Source: Synechococcus sp.
GTDB taxonomy: Bacteria; Cyanobacteriota; Cyanobacteriia; PCC-6307; Cyanobiaceae
DNA: 64,000 nucleotides
Assembly (NCBI GenBank): GCA_047284725.1
Contig: JBJBEO010000001.1
Location: 888,203 to 952,202 of the forward strand
Direction: 5' to 3'
Position 1 is the first letter of the stretch, and every line of letters starts with the position of its first letter. The notes below the pieces were generated by a model. It was not told the DNA's origin, did not search any database, and saw nothing but the letters and a program-made list of their open reading frames with translations. Positions 10,481 to 21,714 of this stretch are shown here, piece after piece. A program made the translations under genes and the position numbers.

Positions 10481-11416
10481 ATGCTGGAAGCAGTGATGAC
10501 CTCGCCCATGGCCCTGAGGTTGGATGGCAAACAACTCGCCTCAGAGTTGGAAATCCGTCTTCGGCGGGAGATCGAGGTCGCAACCGTGCACGCGGGGCGA
10601 CCTCCAGGGCTGGCGGTGCTTCGGGTGGGTGATGACCCCGCCAGCGGGGTCTACGTGGCCAACAAAGAAAAAGCCTGCGCGCGCATCGGCGTGGCGAGCT
10701 ACGGCTCCCACCTGCCTGGCTCCAGTTCCCAGCACGACGTGCTGGCCGCCATCGCTTCCCTCAACACTGATGAGCGCGTTGACGGCATTCTGCTGCAGCT
10801 TCCCTTGCCTTCAGGCCTTGACGAGGGGCCTCTGCTGGCGGCGATTGACCCCGACAAAGACGCCGATGGCTTGCACACCCTCAACCTTGGTCGCCTCCTC
10901 AAAGGTGAACCGGGGCCGCGCAGCTGCACCCCGGCCGGAGTGATGGCGCTTCTGGCCCGTCAGCAGGTGCCGCTTGAGGGAAAACGGGCTGTCGTGGTTG
11001 GCCGCAGCATTCTGGTGGGACAGCCGATGGCCCTGATGTTGCAGGCGGCCAATGCCACGGTGACGGTGGCCCATTCCCGTACCACCAATTTGGCGGAGAT
11101 CACCCGGCAAGCGGATGTGCTGGTGGTGGCGGCCGGTCGGCCACGGATGATCGGTGCCGACCACGTGCGTCCCGGTGCCGTTGTGGTGGATGTGGGCATT
11201 CACCGGTTACCTCCACCCGCCGATGCTCCTGAAGGCACCAGAGCGAAGCTCTGCGGCGATGTGCGCGCTGAGGAGCTCGAGTCGATCGCCTCGGCTCTTT
11301 CGCCAGTGCCCGGCGGCGTTGGCCCGATGACCGTGACGATGCTGCTGGTCAATACCGTGGTGGCCTGGGCGAAGCGCCATGGCATCAGCCATGGTCTCGG
11401 GGATCTGGTGGTTTGA
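10481..11416 (+). CDS. folD: Methylenetetrahydrofolate dehydrogenase/cyclohydrolase
   Basis: [55 protein letters not shown]. Confidence 0.97.
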   Translation: MLEAVMTSPMALRLDGKQLASELEIRLRREIEVATVHAGRPPGLAVLRVGDDPASGVYVANKEKACARIGVASYGSHLPGSSSQHDVLAAIASLNTDERVDGILLQLPLPSGLDEGPLLAAIDPDKDADGLHTLNLGRLLKGEPGPRSCTPAGVMALLARQQVPLEGKRAVVVGRSILVGQPMALMLQAANATVTVAHSRTTNLAEITRQADVLVVAAGRPRMIGADHVRPGAVVVDVGIHRLPPPADAPEGTRAKLCGDVRAEELESIASALSPVPGGVGPMTVTMLLVNTVVAWAKRHGISHGLGDLVV

Positions 11417-11474
11417 GTTGGCGCCAACGCAACTCGTTCTGTGTCCAGCCCCCCACGCTTGTCCCTTGGCCTGA

Positions 11475-12969
<1,495 letters not shown>

Positions 12970-12973
<4 letters not shown>

Positions 12974-14469
12974 CCGATCCAAACGATCACGGAACCAGCA
13001 GCATCAATGCTGCCGACCTCACGGCAGATCAGCGGGAGGCAGCTGCTGCCTTCAGCCAATGGCTGGCCAGTGCCGAGCATGGTGTTCCCTTTGTGCTCAG
13101 CGGTTTTGCCGGCAGCGGTAAGACGTTTCTGTCGATGCGACTGCTACGCATGGTGGAGGCCACCGGCCTCTGCTGGACGGTGGTGGCTCCTACCCACAAG
13201 GCGGTGGGGGTGCTGCGTCAGGCGCTGGCCTTGGAGGGTCTGCAGCCCACCTGGTACCCCTCCACCATCCACCGGCTCCTTCGTCTCAAGCTCAAGCGCC
13301 AGGGTGATCGCGAAGTGTGCGAGCCCACCGAACAGACCGCCATGGCCCTTGAACATCTCGGGCTGGTGCTGATCGATGAGGCGTCCATGGTCGACAGCAG
13401 CTTGCTGTCGATCGCCCTGCAATGTGCCCATCCCTTCCGGACGCGGCTGGTGTTTGTGGGGGATCCGGCCCAGTTGCCGCCTGTCGGGGAAGCCGATAGC
13501 CCCGTGTTTTCCATGGATCGGGTCAGTGCTTCCTGCCTCACGGAGGTGGTGCGCCATCAGGGTCCGGTGCTGCAGCTTGCCAGCTGTCTGCGGGATGGAC
13601 GCTTGGCCTGTGAACGTCCGCCCCTGTTGCCAGCCGTCTCCACCGCGATGGGCAGCGTCGCCAGCCTTGACCGTGCCGCTTGGCTGGTGCGGGCCAAGGA
13701 GGCGTTGAAGCAGGCCTCTGTGAGCGATAACCCTGATGCCGCTCGGATTCTCTGCTGGACCAACCGCAGCCTTGAGGAGCTCGTGCCCCATGCCCGCCGG
13801 GCCATCCATGGCGTGATGGCGGATCAAATGCCGGTCCTGCCGGGGGAGGTGTTGATCACCCGCACGGCGGTGATGGCTCCGGCCTCCCGGGATGGCGGTG
13901 AAACCGGGGAGGAACCCGATCTGGTGCTGGGCTCCAACCGTGAGCTCGTGGTGGAGGATGTGAGCCCGGAACGTTGTGATCTGGCGGATTTCGGCCTCAG
14001 TGATGCGGAACTCCATGGCGGTCAACTGACCCTCGACGGCCTTGGGTCTCCGGTGATTGACACCCTCAATGCCCGTGTGCGTTGCGGAGACTTGGAACTA
14101 ACCTTGCGGATGCTTCCAGCCGTTGGCAGCGAGGCACGCCAGCAGTTGGATCGGGTGATGCAGCGGCTGCGCACCCAGGCCCGGGACGCCGGCAAGCGCA
14201 ACGGCCGTTCGCTTTGGCGGCGATTCTTTCTGCTGCGTGATGCTTTTGCCTCGCTCGGTCCAGCCGCAGTCCTTACCGTGCATCGCAGTCAGGGCAGCAG
14301 TTTCGGTGAGGTCTTTGTCGCTGATGACGTGTTCTGGCCCCAAGACCGGGCCTTGCGCCGACAACTCGTGTACGTGGCGGTGAGCCGGGCTCGCCATGGG
14401 GTTTATCTGGTGGGACGCCCATCCAACGATCCAGAAACCTGGAAGCAGGCTCTTGCTGAGACCCCCTAG
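12970..14469 (+). CDS. RecD-like SF1B DNA helicase
   Basis: GFAGSGKT, APTHKA, IDEASMV, VGDPAQLPPV, LTVHRSQGS, YVAVSRA. Confidence 0.9.
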
Positions 14470-14561
14470 TCCGTCCTCAGTTGTTCGTTTCGATTCACTG
14501 TTTTGGTCAAGGGCTCGCTTGTTGTCACGTTGACTGATTGATCAGGTCTGAAGTCGCAATC

Positions 14562-14600
14562 GACTTGCCTCCTCGCTTCCTACGAGGCGAAGAGGCGGTC
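14562..14600. terminator. Stem-loop between convergent genes; possible bidirectional terminator
   Basis: GCCTCCTCGCTTC-CTAC-GAGGCGAAGAGGC (14567-14596): 13-position stem with one mismatch and one wobble; no U-tract. Confidence 0.35.
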
Positions 14601-14651
14601 AGAGTGAAGAACGAGCCTGACGACTGAGGTGAAGAGCGTTTCTGATTCAAC

Positions 14652-15446
14652 CTACGAACGGTTGCGGTACCAATTGAAAAGCCAGTCGCTCAAACGTTTG
14701 CGTTGACCGGAGGGCAAAGATTCATTGGAGATGGCTCTTTGCTCTGGATCCTGTTCGTTGACAACTGTTGAGGGAGTGAAGGAGTTGTCGAAAAGGAGGG
14801 CTGTGTCAGGCTCGTCGTTGTTCTGTTGCTCAAAACTCAGTCCAGTTTCGAGTGTCTCATTGTGCATGGCGACCAGGTAATCATCATGGGTGTAATCGCT
14901 TTCGTCGTGATGATCAGAATCGATTTGAATTCTTGTGCCTGGGGATAATGTTTCGCTCATAACACTTGATTCATGATCGGACGTGTCATGGTCCAACCCA
15001 AGTGCATGTCCGATTTCGTGCATGAAGACAGACAGAAGATCAATTTGTTGTGCTGCTTCGCTGCCGCCGAGAGCGAGTCGTGTGCCATCTGGCTGAACCT
15101 GGTATTCACTGGAATCCAAGGGAGTGGAATCGATAAACCAGCCATGTCCTGATGCATCACGATCCATGGGGATTCGGGAGTAGGAGTAACTCGCCAAAGC
15201 CATCCCATCCCATCTAAATCGTCAACTCTGATGTCCATTGATTGGAGATCGTTGAGTTGTTGAGTGGTCATTGAATGGGATGTGGACCAGTGACGCACTG
15301 CAGCGTCGTAAACCGCTCGAATCAGATCAGGCTCTATTTCGGAGAGATCATGAACAAGGGGGGTGGTGAGGTGATGCCCCTTGTTGCCGTGCTGCCGTCA
15401 CCGTCAACCAAAGCTGAGAGTTGGCTGAATAGAAATCCTTTGTCAT
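14652..15446 (-). pseudogene. Frameshifted orphan paralogue of the giant protein's C-terminal HExGHxxGxxH domain
   Basis: Two frames align without gaps to the giant C-terminus once one unit of (CCATC)3 at 15200-15214 is removed; HEIGHALGLDH at 14988-15020; 5' end uncertain (possible second slip at G6, 15358-15363; candidate ATG 15446). Confidence 0.75.
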
Positions 15447-15682
15447 TGGTTCTGACTTCAAGTCGTCAAGCTTGCTACGGTTCCAGGCATAGAAAGAGTG
15501 CCAAATCTGTAAAACTCGTAAAAGGGGCATGCCAGTCTGGTCAACAAAGTTACAATTGAACGGTAAAGTGTCGTTTTTGGCCTGCGAATGAAGCAATGCT
15601 TGCGCAAGAGTTTTATTTTGCGACGCACTTCTCATCTCGTTACGGTTTGCAAGATCATCCTCAGCTACGAAACTCATCCTTG

Positions 15683-16753
15683 ATGACATCACTGCCGAGT
15701 CGCAACATAGATCTCTTTTCAGCACGCGAGACGTTTTCCGATTATTTAGTTGTTGATAGGTTTTTGCGTGACTTGGTGGGCATGCGTGGCCTGAAAACGG
15801 CCTTCGACCGACAAGTTGTCGATGCACTCGTCGATGGGCCGAAATCCATGACTGAGTTGACCAATCGCTTGGGTGCTGATCAAGCAGGAGCCCAACTCCT
15901 CTTAGGCATCCTTGCCGTAAGCGACGTGGTTGAACGAATCGGCGATAAGTTCATGTTGACGTCTAGCTTCAGGCAGGCACTCCAGTTTCGCGATCTTCTG
16001 GAAGCGAAGTTGGACTTCGCCGGTTTTGTCCTTCTTGACTTCATCGATAAGTTTGACTATTTGGTGAATGATTCTTCAAGGTTCCAGGGTGAGGCTCAAC
16101 TCTTTAGATTATTTGATTACCAGAAGGCAAAGAATCCCACAGTTCAGAGCTACGCCTGGACAAAGGTTTGGATAAGGCTCACGACTTCATTGACTCGCTA
16201 CGAAGCTAAAGCTGCACTCAATATCTATGATTTTGGTAAGCACAAAAATCTGCTTGATATCGGCGGCAATAGCGGTGAGTTTGTACTTCGTATCTGCAAG
16301 GCACACGATGATATGCGTGCCACCGTGATGGATCTTCCAGTCGTCTGCGAGTTCGGTCATGATCACATCCTGGTCGAGCCAGAGCGGGAAAGAATCGGAT
16401 TTTTGGCTGGTAGTGCTCTGATCGACCCGATTCCTCAGGGTTATGACCTTATCTGTTTCAAATCCATGTTGCACGATTGGCCTGATGGAGATGTTTGCCT
16501 GTTTTTGCAGCGCGCCGCTGAGGCCTTGGATCCTGGAGGGACGCTTTTGATCTACGAACGAGCCCCTCTCGAATTCACCAAACGTTCATTGTCAATAGGG
16601 CAACTTCCCGTCTTACTTTTTTCACGCTGGTATCGCACAGAGCAATTGTACTGTGTACAACTTGAAAACCTTGGTTTTAAAGACATCAAAGTGCACTATT
16701 TGCAGCTCGACAGCCCCTTCTTCATCGTGGCAGCACAAAAACCAGAGATTTGA
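15683..16753 (+). CDS. SAM-dependent O-methyltransferase (class I, Methyltransf_2 type with N-terminal dimerisation domain)
   Basis: LLDIGGNSGEF, MDLPVV, FKSMLHDWPD, ALDPGGTLLIYE; ATG 15683 preferred over 15596. Confidence 0.85.
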   Translation: MTSLPSRNIDLFSARETFSDYLVVDRFLRDLVGMRGLKTAFDRQVVDALVDGPKSMTELTNRLGADQAGAQLLLGILAVSDVVERIGDKFMLTSSFRQALQFRDLLEAKLDFAGFVLLDFIDKFDYLVNDSSRFQGEAQLFRLFDYQKAKNPTVQSYAWTKVWIRLTTSLTRYEAKAALNIYDFGKHKNLLDIGGNSGEFVLRICKAHDDMRATVMDLPVVCEFGHDHILVEPERERIGFLAGSALIDPIPQGYDLICFKSMLHDWPDGDVCLFLQRAAEALDPGGTLLIYERAPLEFTKRSLSIGQLPVLLFSRWYRTEQLYCVQLENLGFKDIKVHYLQLDSPFFIVAAQKPEI

Positions 16754-16756
16754 ATC

Positions 16757-17737
16757 ATGCATTCTTTCATAGGTCCTGAATCCTCAGTTGGTCCGAGATT
16801 TAATCCAACACGTCTGAAACATTTATTTCACTACGACGATTATGTTGAAGTGACTATGCACTTCAAGTGCAATCTGAAGTGCGTTCATTGCATGATAGAA
16901 AATACTATGGATTGGCTAGAGCCTGAAGGCCTGACTCGTCTCGAAGAAGTATGTGCCTATAACGACCAATATCGACGCTGGAGGGGAATTATCTTTACTG
17001 GTTCAGAAGTCACTCTTAATGCAGACTTGCCAAAGTGGGTAAATATGGCACGTCATCATGGTTTCGAGCGAGTGCGGATCCAGACCAACGGTATTCGATT
17101 GTCTGACTACGCATATTGCCGAGAGTTAATTGATGGCGGTGTCAATGAATTCTTCATAAGTGTCACAGCGGCCGATGCCGAAACCCATGATTCGATTACG
17201 AAAGTCAAGGGGTCGTTTGAAAAGACAATTCGTGGTTTGCATAATCTCGATTCATTCAATGATGTTGTCTCGATCACAAATACTGTCGTTACCACTCTCT
17301 CCTTCACACACTTGCCAATACTTGTGCGAGAACTTGGACACCTGAAGAACCTGGCTCGTATGGACTTCTGGAATTTCTGGCCGATGAATGAAAATGACGA
17401 CAAGGATCTGATTGCTTCTCATCTGGATGTCTTGCCATGCCTTCGAGACGCCATCGCAGAGGCACACAAGCTCGGTCGAGCCGTCGAAGTTAAGAACTTT
17501 CCCGAATGTTTGCTTGCTGATGATGGTCAATCATTAGATAATGGACAGCCAAAGCTTGTGATTGATCCAGCCTTCTGGCCTGAGTTTATGCGTAATGGAT
17601 TCAATCAGTGTGTCTTTCGTGACCAGTGTGGTTCTGTTAAATGTCTAGGTTTGAATACCGCTTATGTGAAGAAGTACGGATGGCACGAAGATGTTTTGGT
17701 GCCATTGCCTGTTCTGGAGTCCTTCGACAATGCATGA
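16757..17737 (+). CDS. Radical SAM enzyme, HxsC-like, with C-terminal Cys cluster
   Basis: CNLKCVHC (CxxxCxxC), FTGSEVT, IQTNG, NFPEC, CVFRDQCGSVKCLG. Confidence 0.85.
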   Translation: MHSFIGPESSVGPRFNPTRLKHLFHYDDYVEVTMHFKCNLKCVHCMIENTMDWLEPEGLTRLEEVCAYNDQYRRWRGIIFTGSEVTLNADLPKWVNMARHHGFERVRIQTNGIRLSDYAYCRELIDGGVNEFFISVTAADAETHDSITKVKGSFEKTIRGLHNLDSFNDVVSITNTVVTTLSFTHLPILVRELGHLKNLARMDFWNFWPMNENDDKDLIASHLDVLPCLRDAIAEAHKLGRAVEVKNFPECLLADDGQSLDNGQPKLVIDPAFWPEFMRNGFNQCVFRDQCGSVKCLGLNTAYVKKYGWHEDVLVPLPVLESFDNA

Positions 17738-18923
17738 ATCCTCTTCGATAAATGCTGATGCCGTTCGGATCTTTATTGAAGCAGACGGCATTGTGCTTGA
17801 GCTCGGGCACAAAGTAACCCCAGATGGAAGTGAATCTGATGTGATTAAAGGCCTATCTCGTATAAAGCTCACTCCACAGACCTTTCGTCGTTTTGGACTG
17901 GCATTGCATGATGCAATAAGTCTGTTGCCCAAAGAGTCTGTTCTTCGTTCTGGATCGATTCCGACTCCAACGCCACAACGCTCTTCCGCTGCAAAAGCCT
18001 CGCTGGAAGAGTTGCTTGATCCCACCATCAACCTTTCCTCATCCTCAGCGCCGACACCGATTTCAAGCCAGGATGCACAGCGGGTGTTCAAGCTGATTGC
18101 CAGTCTCGGTGCACCTTATGTCCATGAGCGCTCTTTTCGGTTCCGTGAAGGAGAGTTATTGCCCAATCGATTCCTGCTGACTGTTGGACGCTCAGGCAAC
18201 GGCAGCACTTCCGATGATGCTTTGATGGACCTATTCACTAACCTTTCCCTTCCTGCACCATTCCTCGAAGCTGCCCGCCAGCACATTTCGGCGGCCCGCT
18301 GTATACATGTTGGCTTTGAGGGAGACGGCGACAGTCCGCTGCTGAAGGTCTATTTGGAGATTGGAGGTCCTGACCAAATTAATCAGTCAACGCCTGATGC
18401 CGCAGTCCTTGAGCACATTGCGTACAAGTGGGACGTAAGAAACAGGGAACGACGAACCGTTGCTCGTTACTGGTGGTATCCATACCTAAATGCCAGTGAA
18501 TTGAAGAAACGAGTTGTTGAATTGTATGCAGATCATGATTTAGAGGCTCAGGATATTGCCCTTGGTGCCATTGAAATGGCAGCGCAAAAGATGCCTGAAC
18601 GTGACATTCACTACCTTGAGGTCGAAGAAGAGGGCAACCCAAGGCGTTCTTACTCGATCAATTTTTATGATGCGGGACTTCAGGTCCGGGATTTGCATAC
18701 ATTGCTGGCACGCATGAGAAACTATTTTGATGTATCGCCAGGGAAGTTTCAGATGCTCTATGACCAGATTAAGACAAGGCGTTTGGGACACATCGCTGGA
18801 GGAATTCACCGCAATGGAAAAGGCTTTTTTAATGTCTACTATGGTCCTCAGTTCATGGATTACGATTGTCAGGGCCATTGGCGCAGTGCTGTGTTTAGGG
18901 GCAAAGACAACTGCGATTTCTGA
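17730..18923 (+). CDS. DUF3467-like domain fused to a PatF/LynF-like (ABBA) prenyltransferase-type domain
   Basis: ATG overlaps the rSAM stop by 8 bp; N-terminal ~65 aa align to the DUF3467 at 20488; HERSFRFREGELLPNRFLL, VGFEG..LLKVYLE, FFNVYY. Confidence 0.6.
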   Translation: MHESSSINADAVRIFIEADGIVLELGHKVTPDGSESDVIKGLSRIKLTPQTFRRFGLALHDAISLLPKESVLRSGSIPTPTPQRSSAAKASLEELLDPTINLSSSSAPTPISSQDAQRVFKLIASLGAPYVHERSFRFREGELLPNRFLLTVGRSGNGSTSDDALMDLFTNLSLPAPFLEAARQHISAARCIHVGFEGDGDSPLLKVYLEIGGPDQINQSTPDAAVLEHIAYKWDVRNRERRTVARYWWYPYLNASELKKRVVELYADHDLEAQDIALGAIEMAAQKMPERDIHYLEVEEEGNPRRSYSINFYDAGLQVRDLHTLLARMRNYFDVSPGKFQMLYDQIKTRRLGHIAGGIHRNGKGFFNVYYGPQFMDYDCQGHWRSAVFRGKDNCDF

Positions 18924-18925
18924 CT

Positions 18926-19795
18926 ATGCATATCAACGACCGCTTCGAATATATCACTGAGAAAGATTTATATCATAATTATTGCCTCTGGCCCTACCTG
19001 CCAGTTACTGCTTCCATCGACAAGTTTCGCTCTATCAATCTTCTCTATCACGCTTTTGACGTTGCAGAAATCGATCACCGTATTTTTGATTTTGTCGAGG
19101 CGATACGTGATGGCATTGGCAGCTTCCGCACGGTGTGGGGAACTAAACTCATTAACAATAATTTGGCATGGGAATTTTACTTCTATGACTATGGGAGGCG
19201 TGTACGCGAGCTTTCGATCAGCAGGTTGATCAAGATTTTGGCGCCATTCACGCACTGCTCCGTTTCAGTCAACGAAAATATCAATTATTTTATGTTTTCG
19301 TTTGATGTCGATCAAGAGCTGATTACAGGTGCTCGTCAGCTTGATATTGTTCACATGTATCTCGGTAATGCTGGAAGCACTGTCTCCTCAGGAATTTCCT
19401 ACGCCCTGAGCCAGCAGTCATCCCGCCTCGAGAATCTGTATTACTTCTTCGAAGTGCCGTCCATGTTGCAACAGGTGATGGACAAGGTTGGTGACTCGGC
19501 CTACGTCGATGAAGCAGCGATTCCTATGGATTTTTTGGTGTGGCCGGAGCTTCGATCATGCACCACTATCTGTGTGGCCAACAAACAGAGCAATGACACA
19601 ATTTACTTTTCTGGGTGCACTGTAGATCAGCTTTTGTACTTTCTGATTCGGATTGGGTATCCAAGTAAGATCATTGACTTTGTGCAGTCTAATCGCAATA
19701 ATCTTGACCATCTTCTTTACGACGTGGGTTATGATTACCGCACGAAGGGTGATAAGGTTGAGATCGTCAAGAGTGGCTATTACGGGATATTTTGA
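18926..19795 (+). CDS. Hypothetical aromatic-rich protein, possible ABBA/PT-barrel fold
   Basis: 289 aa; starts 2 bp after the previous stop; five apparent beta-hairpins separated by helices; fold is inference. Confidence 0.6.
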   Translation: MHINDRFEYITEKDLYHNYCLWPYLPVTASIDKFRSINLLYHAFDVAEIDHRIFDFVEAIRDGIGSFRTVWGTKLINNNLAWEFYFYDYGRRVRELSISRLIKILAPFTHCSVSVNENINYFMFSFDVDQELITGARQLDIVHMYLGNAGSTVSSGISYALSQQSSRLENLYYFFEVPSMLQQVMDKVGDSAYVDEAAIPMDFLVWPELRSCTTICVANKQSNDTIYFSGCTVDQLLYFLIRIGYPSKIIDFVQSNRNNLDHLLYDVGYDYRTKGDKVEIVKSGYYGIF

Positions 19796-20418
19796 ATCAA
19801 TCCTATTCGACAAGAATAGTCGTGGCTGTTTCTGCACCGGTTGGTGGTGGTAAAACCTCTCTGGTGCGTGGTCTGGCGCAGGCTATGGATGGTGTTCCTT
19901 TTCATTTCGATCACTACGAAGACCTGACTCAATTGCCGCTTGAAGAAGTGAAGGCATGGCTCCATTTCGGTGCCGAGATTGCAGACCTTTCGATTCCCGC
20001 ACTGACGGATGACCTGATGGATCTGAAGCATGCCAGCTCACCGGCCGTACCCGCCAGTGGAGTGGCCATTCAAACCGCTCAATTTGTCTTTTTTGAGACC
20101 CCGTTTGCCCGGTGCCACCTTGAGTTAGATAATCTCATTGACTTAGCGATCTGGATTGACACACCTCTCGACGTCGCTTTGGCCCGCAACATACGGGAGT
20201 TCATGCGGCAACCTGAGTTGAGATCGAAATTGTCTGCGTGGCTTCCTGACTACCTTGATGGCTATCTCGACGCAGTGCGTGACATGCTGTTGATGCAGCA
20301 GGAGACTGTTGGTCGTGCAGCAGATATCACCCTTGATGGGACAGCCGATCTAGCGACAAACTTATCCATCGCAGAAAGAGAGATACGCAGGCTTCTGAAA
20401 AACAGATCATGCGACTGA
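19792..20418 (+). CDS. P-loop kinase, uridine/nucleoside-kinase-like
   Basis: VVAVSAPVGGGKTSL Walker A, FDHY, WIDTPLDVALAR, ADITLDG; TTG start overlaps previous TGA. Confidence 0.75.
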   Translation: MNQSYSTRIVVAVSAPVGGGKTSLVRGLAQAMDGVPFHFDHYEDLTQLPLEEVKAWLHFGAEIADLSIPALTDDLMDLKHASSPAVPASGVAIQTAQFVFFETPFARCHLELDNLIDLAIWIDTPLDVALARNIREFMRQPELRSKLSAWLPDYLDGYLDAVRDMLLMQQETVGRAADITLDGTADLATNLSIAEREIRRLLKNRSCD

Positions 20419-20487
20419 TATTTGACTCCTATTGGACAGTGTCTTCTTTCTGAATCAATGTGGGCAAAGCCTATGGCTCCGGTTCCT

Positions 20488-20781
20488 TTAACCTTTGAAT
20501 GCGCCGTAACGCTTGACATGCTCTGACAATACGGTTTGGCTGACCTTGGCTAGTTCCTTGGCGACAGATGGGGTTAGGTGAATTCGATCGGTGAGCTTAG
20601 CTTGCCACTCACCCTCAGTTAATCCGGGCTCAGTGCGTCCAAATAGCAAGGTTATATCCTCACCAGAGCACGACACATTGCAGACATCTGCGAAGGACGT
20701 TGACAGGTTCTTGTCGTCCCAGGGGGCTTTACGGCTCTGGCTAGAAAGTTGCATGCTCGCAGAGGAATTAGGGGGGGTCAT
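20488..20781 (-). CDS. DUF3467 domain protein
   Basis: WDDKNLSTSFADVCNVSCSGEDITLLFG...LTDRIHLTPSVAKEL...EHVKRYG; starts 22 bp after the giant gene stop. Confidence 0.8.
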   Translation of the reverse strand: MTPPNSSASMQLSSQSRKAPWDDKNLSTSFADVCNVSCSGEDITLLFGRTEPGLTEGEWQAKLTDRIHLTPSVAKELAKVSQTVLSEHVKRYGAFKG

Positions 20782-21253
20782 GAGAAGTTAATGGTAGTAA
20801 TAATCACTTCCGGCGAAAGAGGCCTAACAATGGATCCAAGAGCTCCTGCCCCCAGCCGAGAACGTGAAGCCTCCTTCTTGCCTCTGGGGCCGTAGGAATG
20901 TGATTTTTAATTCTCGCCTCTTTTAACGTGTTATCTGGACTCCTCCTGTCAGAGGTGACCTCGGCAGTAGTCAGTGTTGAAGTTTCCAGCTCAACATCTT
21001 GAACATCGATCGTGTCAAGGAGTCTGCGCTGCTCTGCGCTGAGTCGACGCTTCTGCTCCCAAATTGCAATCGCAGCAGCGCGTGTGTTCTCCAGAATCTG
21101 TGGCTGGATGTTTGGCAGCGATTTGCTCCCGTCCCCAGATTCAGTTAGCCTGTCTGCATCAGGATTCACGCTGGCGATGAGGTTTTCCTCATGCATCTCA
21201 GGCAGATGGCGCACACCAGCTTCCAGCATCTGTTCCATGAGCCCCTTCTCCTC

Positions 21254-21286
21254 ATGGGATATACCGATAAGGTGTCCGATCTCGTG
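21254..21286 (-). other. Metzincin-type zinc motif HEIGHLIGISH near the giant protein C-terminus
   Basis: HExxHxxGxxH followed by GLM (possible Met-turn); preceded by DAAGHGWFID. Confidence 0.8.
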
Positions 21287-21714
21287 GAGCTGCACAGTTA
21301 AGAGATCCATTTGGTCGTAGGCGGACGATTCACTTGCCGCAACATAGAAGCCTTCGTCAATTTCTTCGAACTCCTCATTGACATTAGGAGTTGCATCAAT
21401 GAACCAGCCATGACCGGCCGCATCGAAATCGAGCGTGATGGTGTTGCCCTCAGCTGTTGCAAGGATGGAACCTTCAAGATCGTCCACACGTAGATCCACC
21501 GAATCAAGGAAGGTGAGTTGGGATTCAGATAGCTGGGCGGACTGATCCCAAAGATCGATGGCTGTTGAGAAGGTGCTGTAAAGCAGCTTGCGGTCCACCT
21601 CATATAGTCCTTCGCTGTTGGTTTCTGCTCCGGTAACTCCTGCTCTCGAGTCGGGGGTACCACCGGCAAGAATGTTTTCGGAGTCTTGATGGGCCAAGTT
21701 GGGAGTATTCGTTC

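Noticed and set aside
14870..15300. His-Xaa-Ser precursor in the His/Asp-rich orphan as radical SAM substrate
   Set aside because: Only isolated HxS triplets, not a tandem array.
14652..21600. Diversity-generating retroelement or orphan-cassette swapping between the orphan and the giant C-terminus
   Set aside because: No reverse transcriptase; the DNA copies are well diverged and differences are not adenine-specific.
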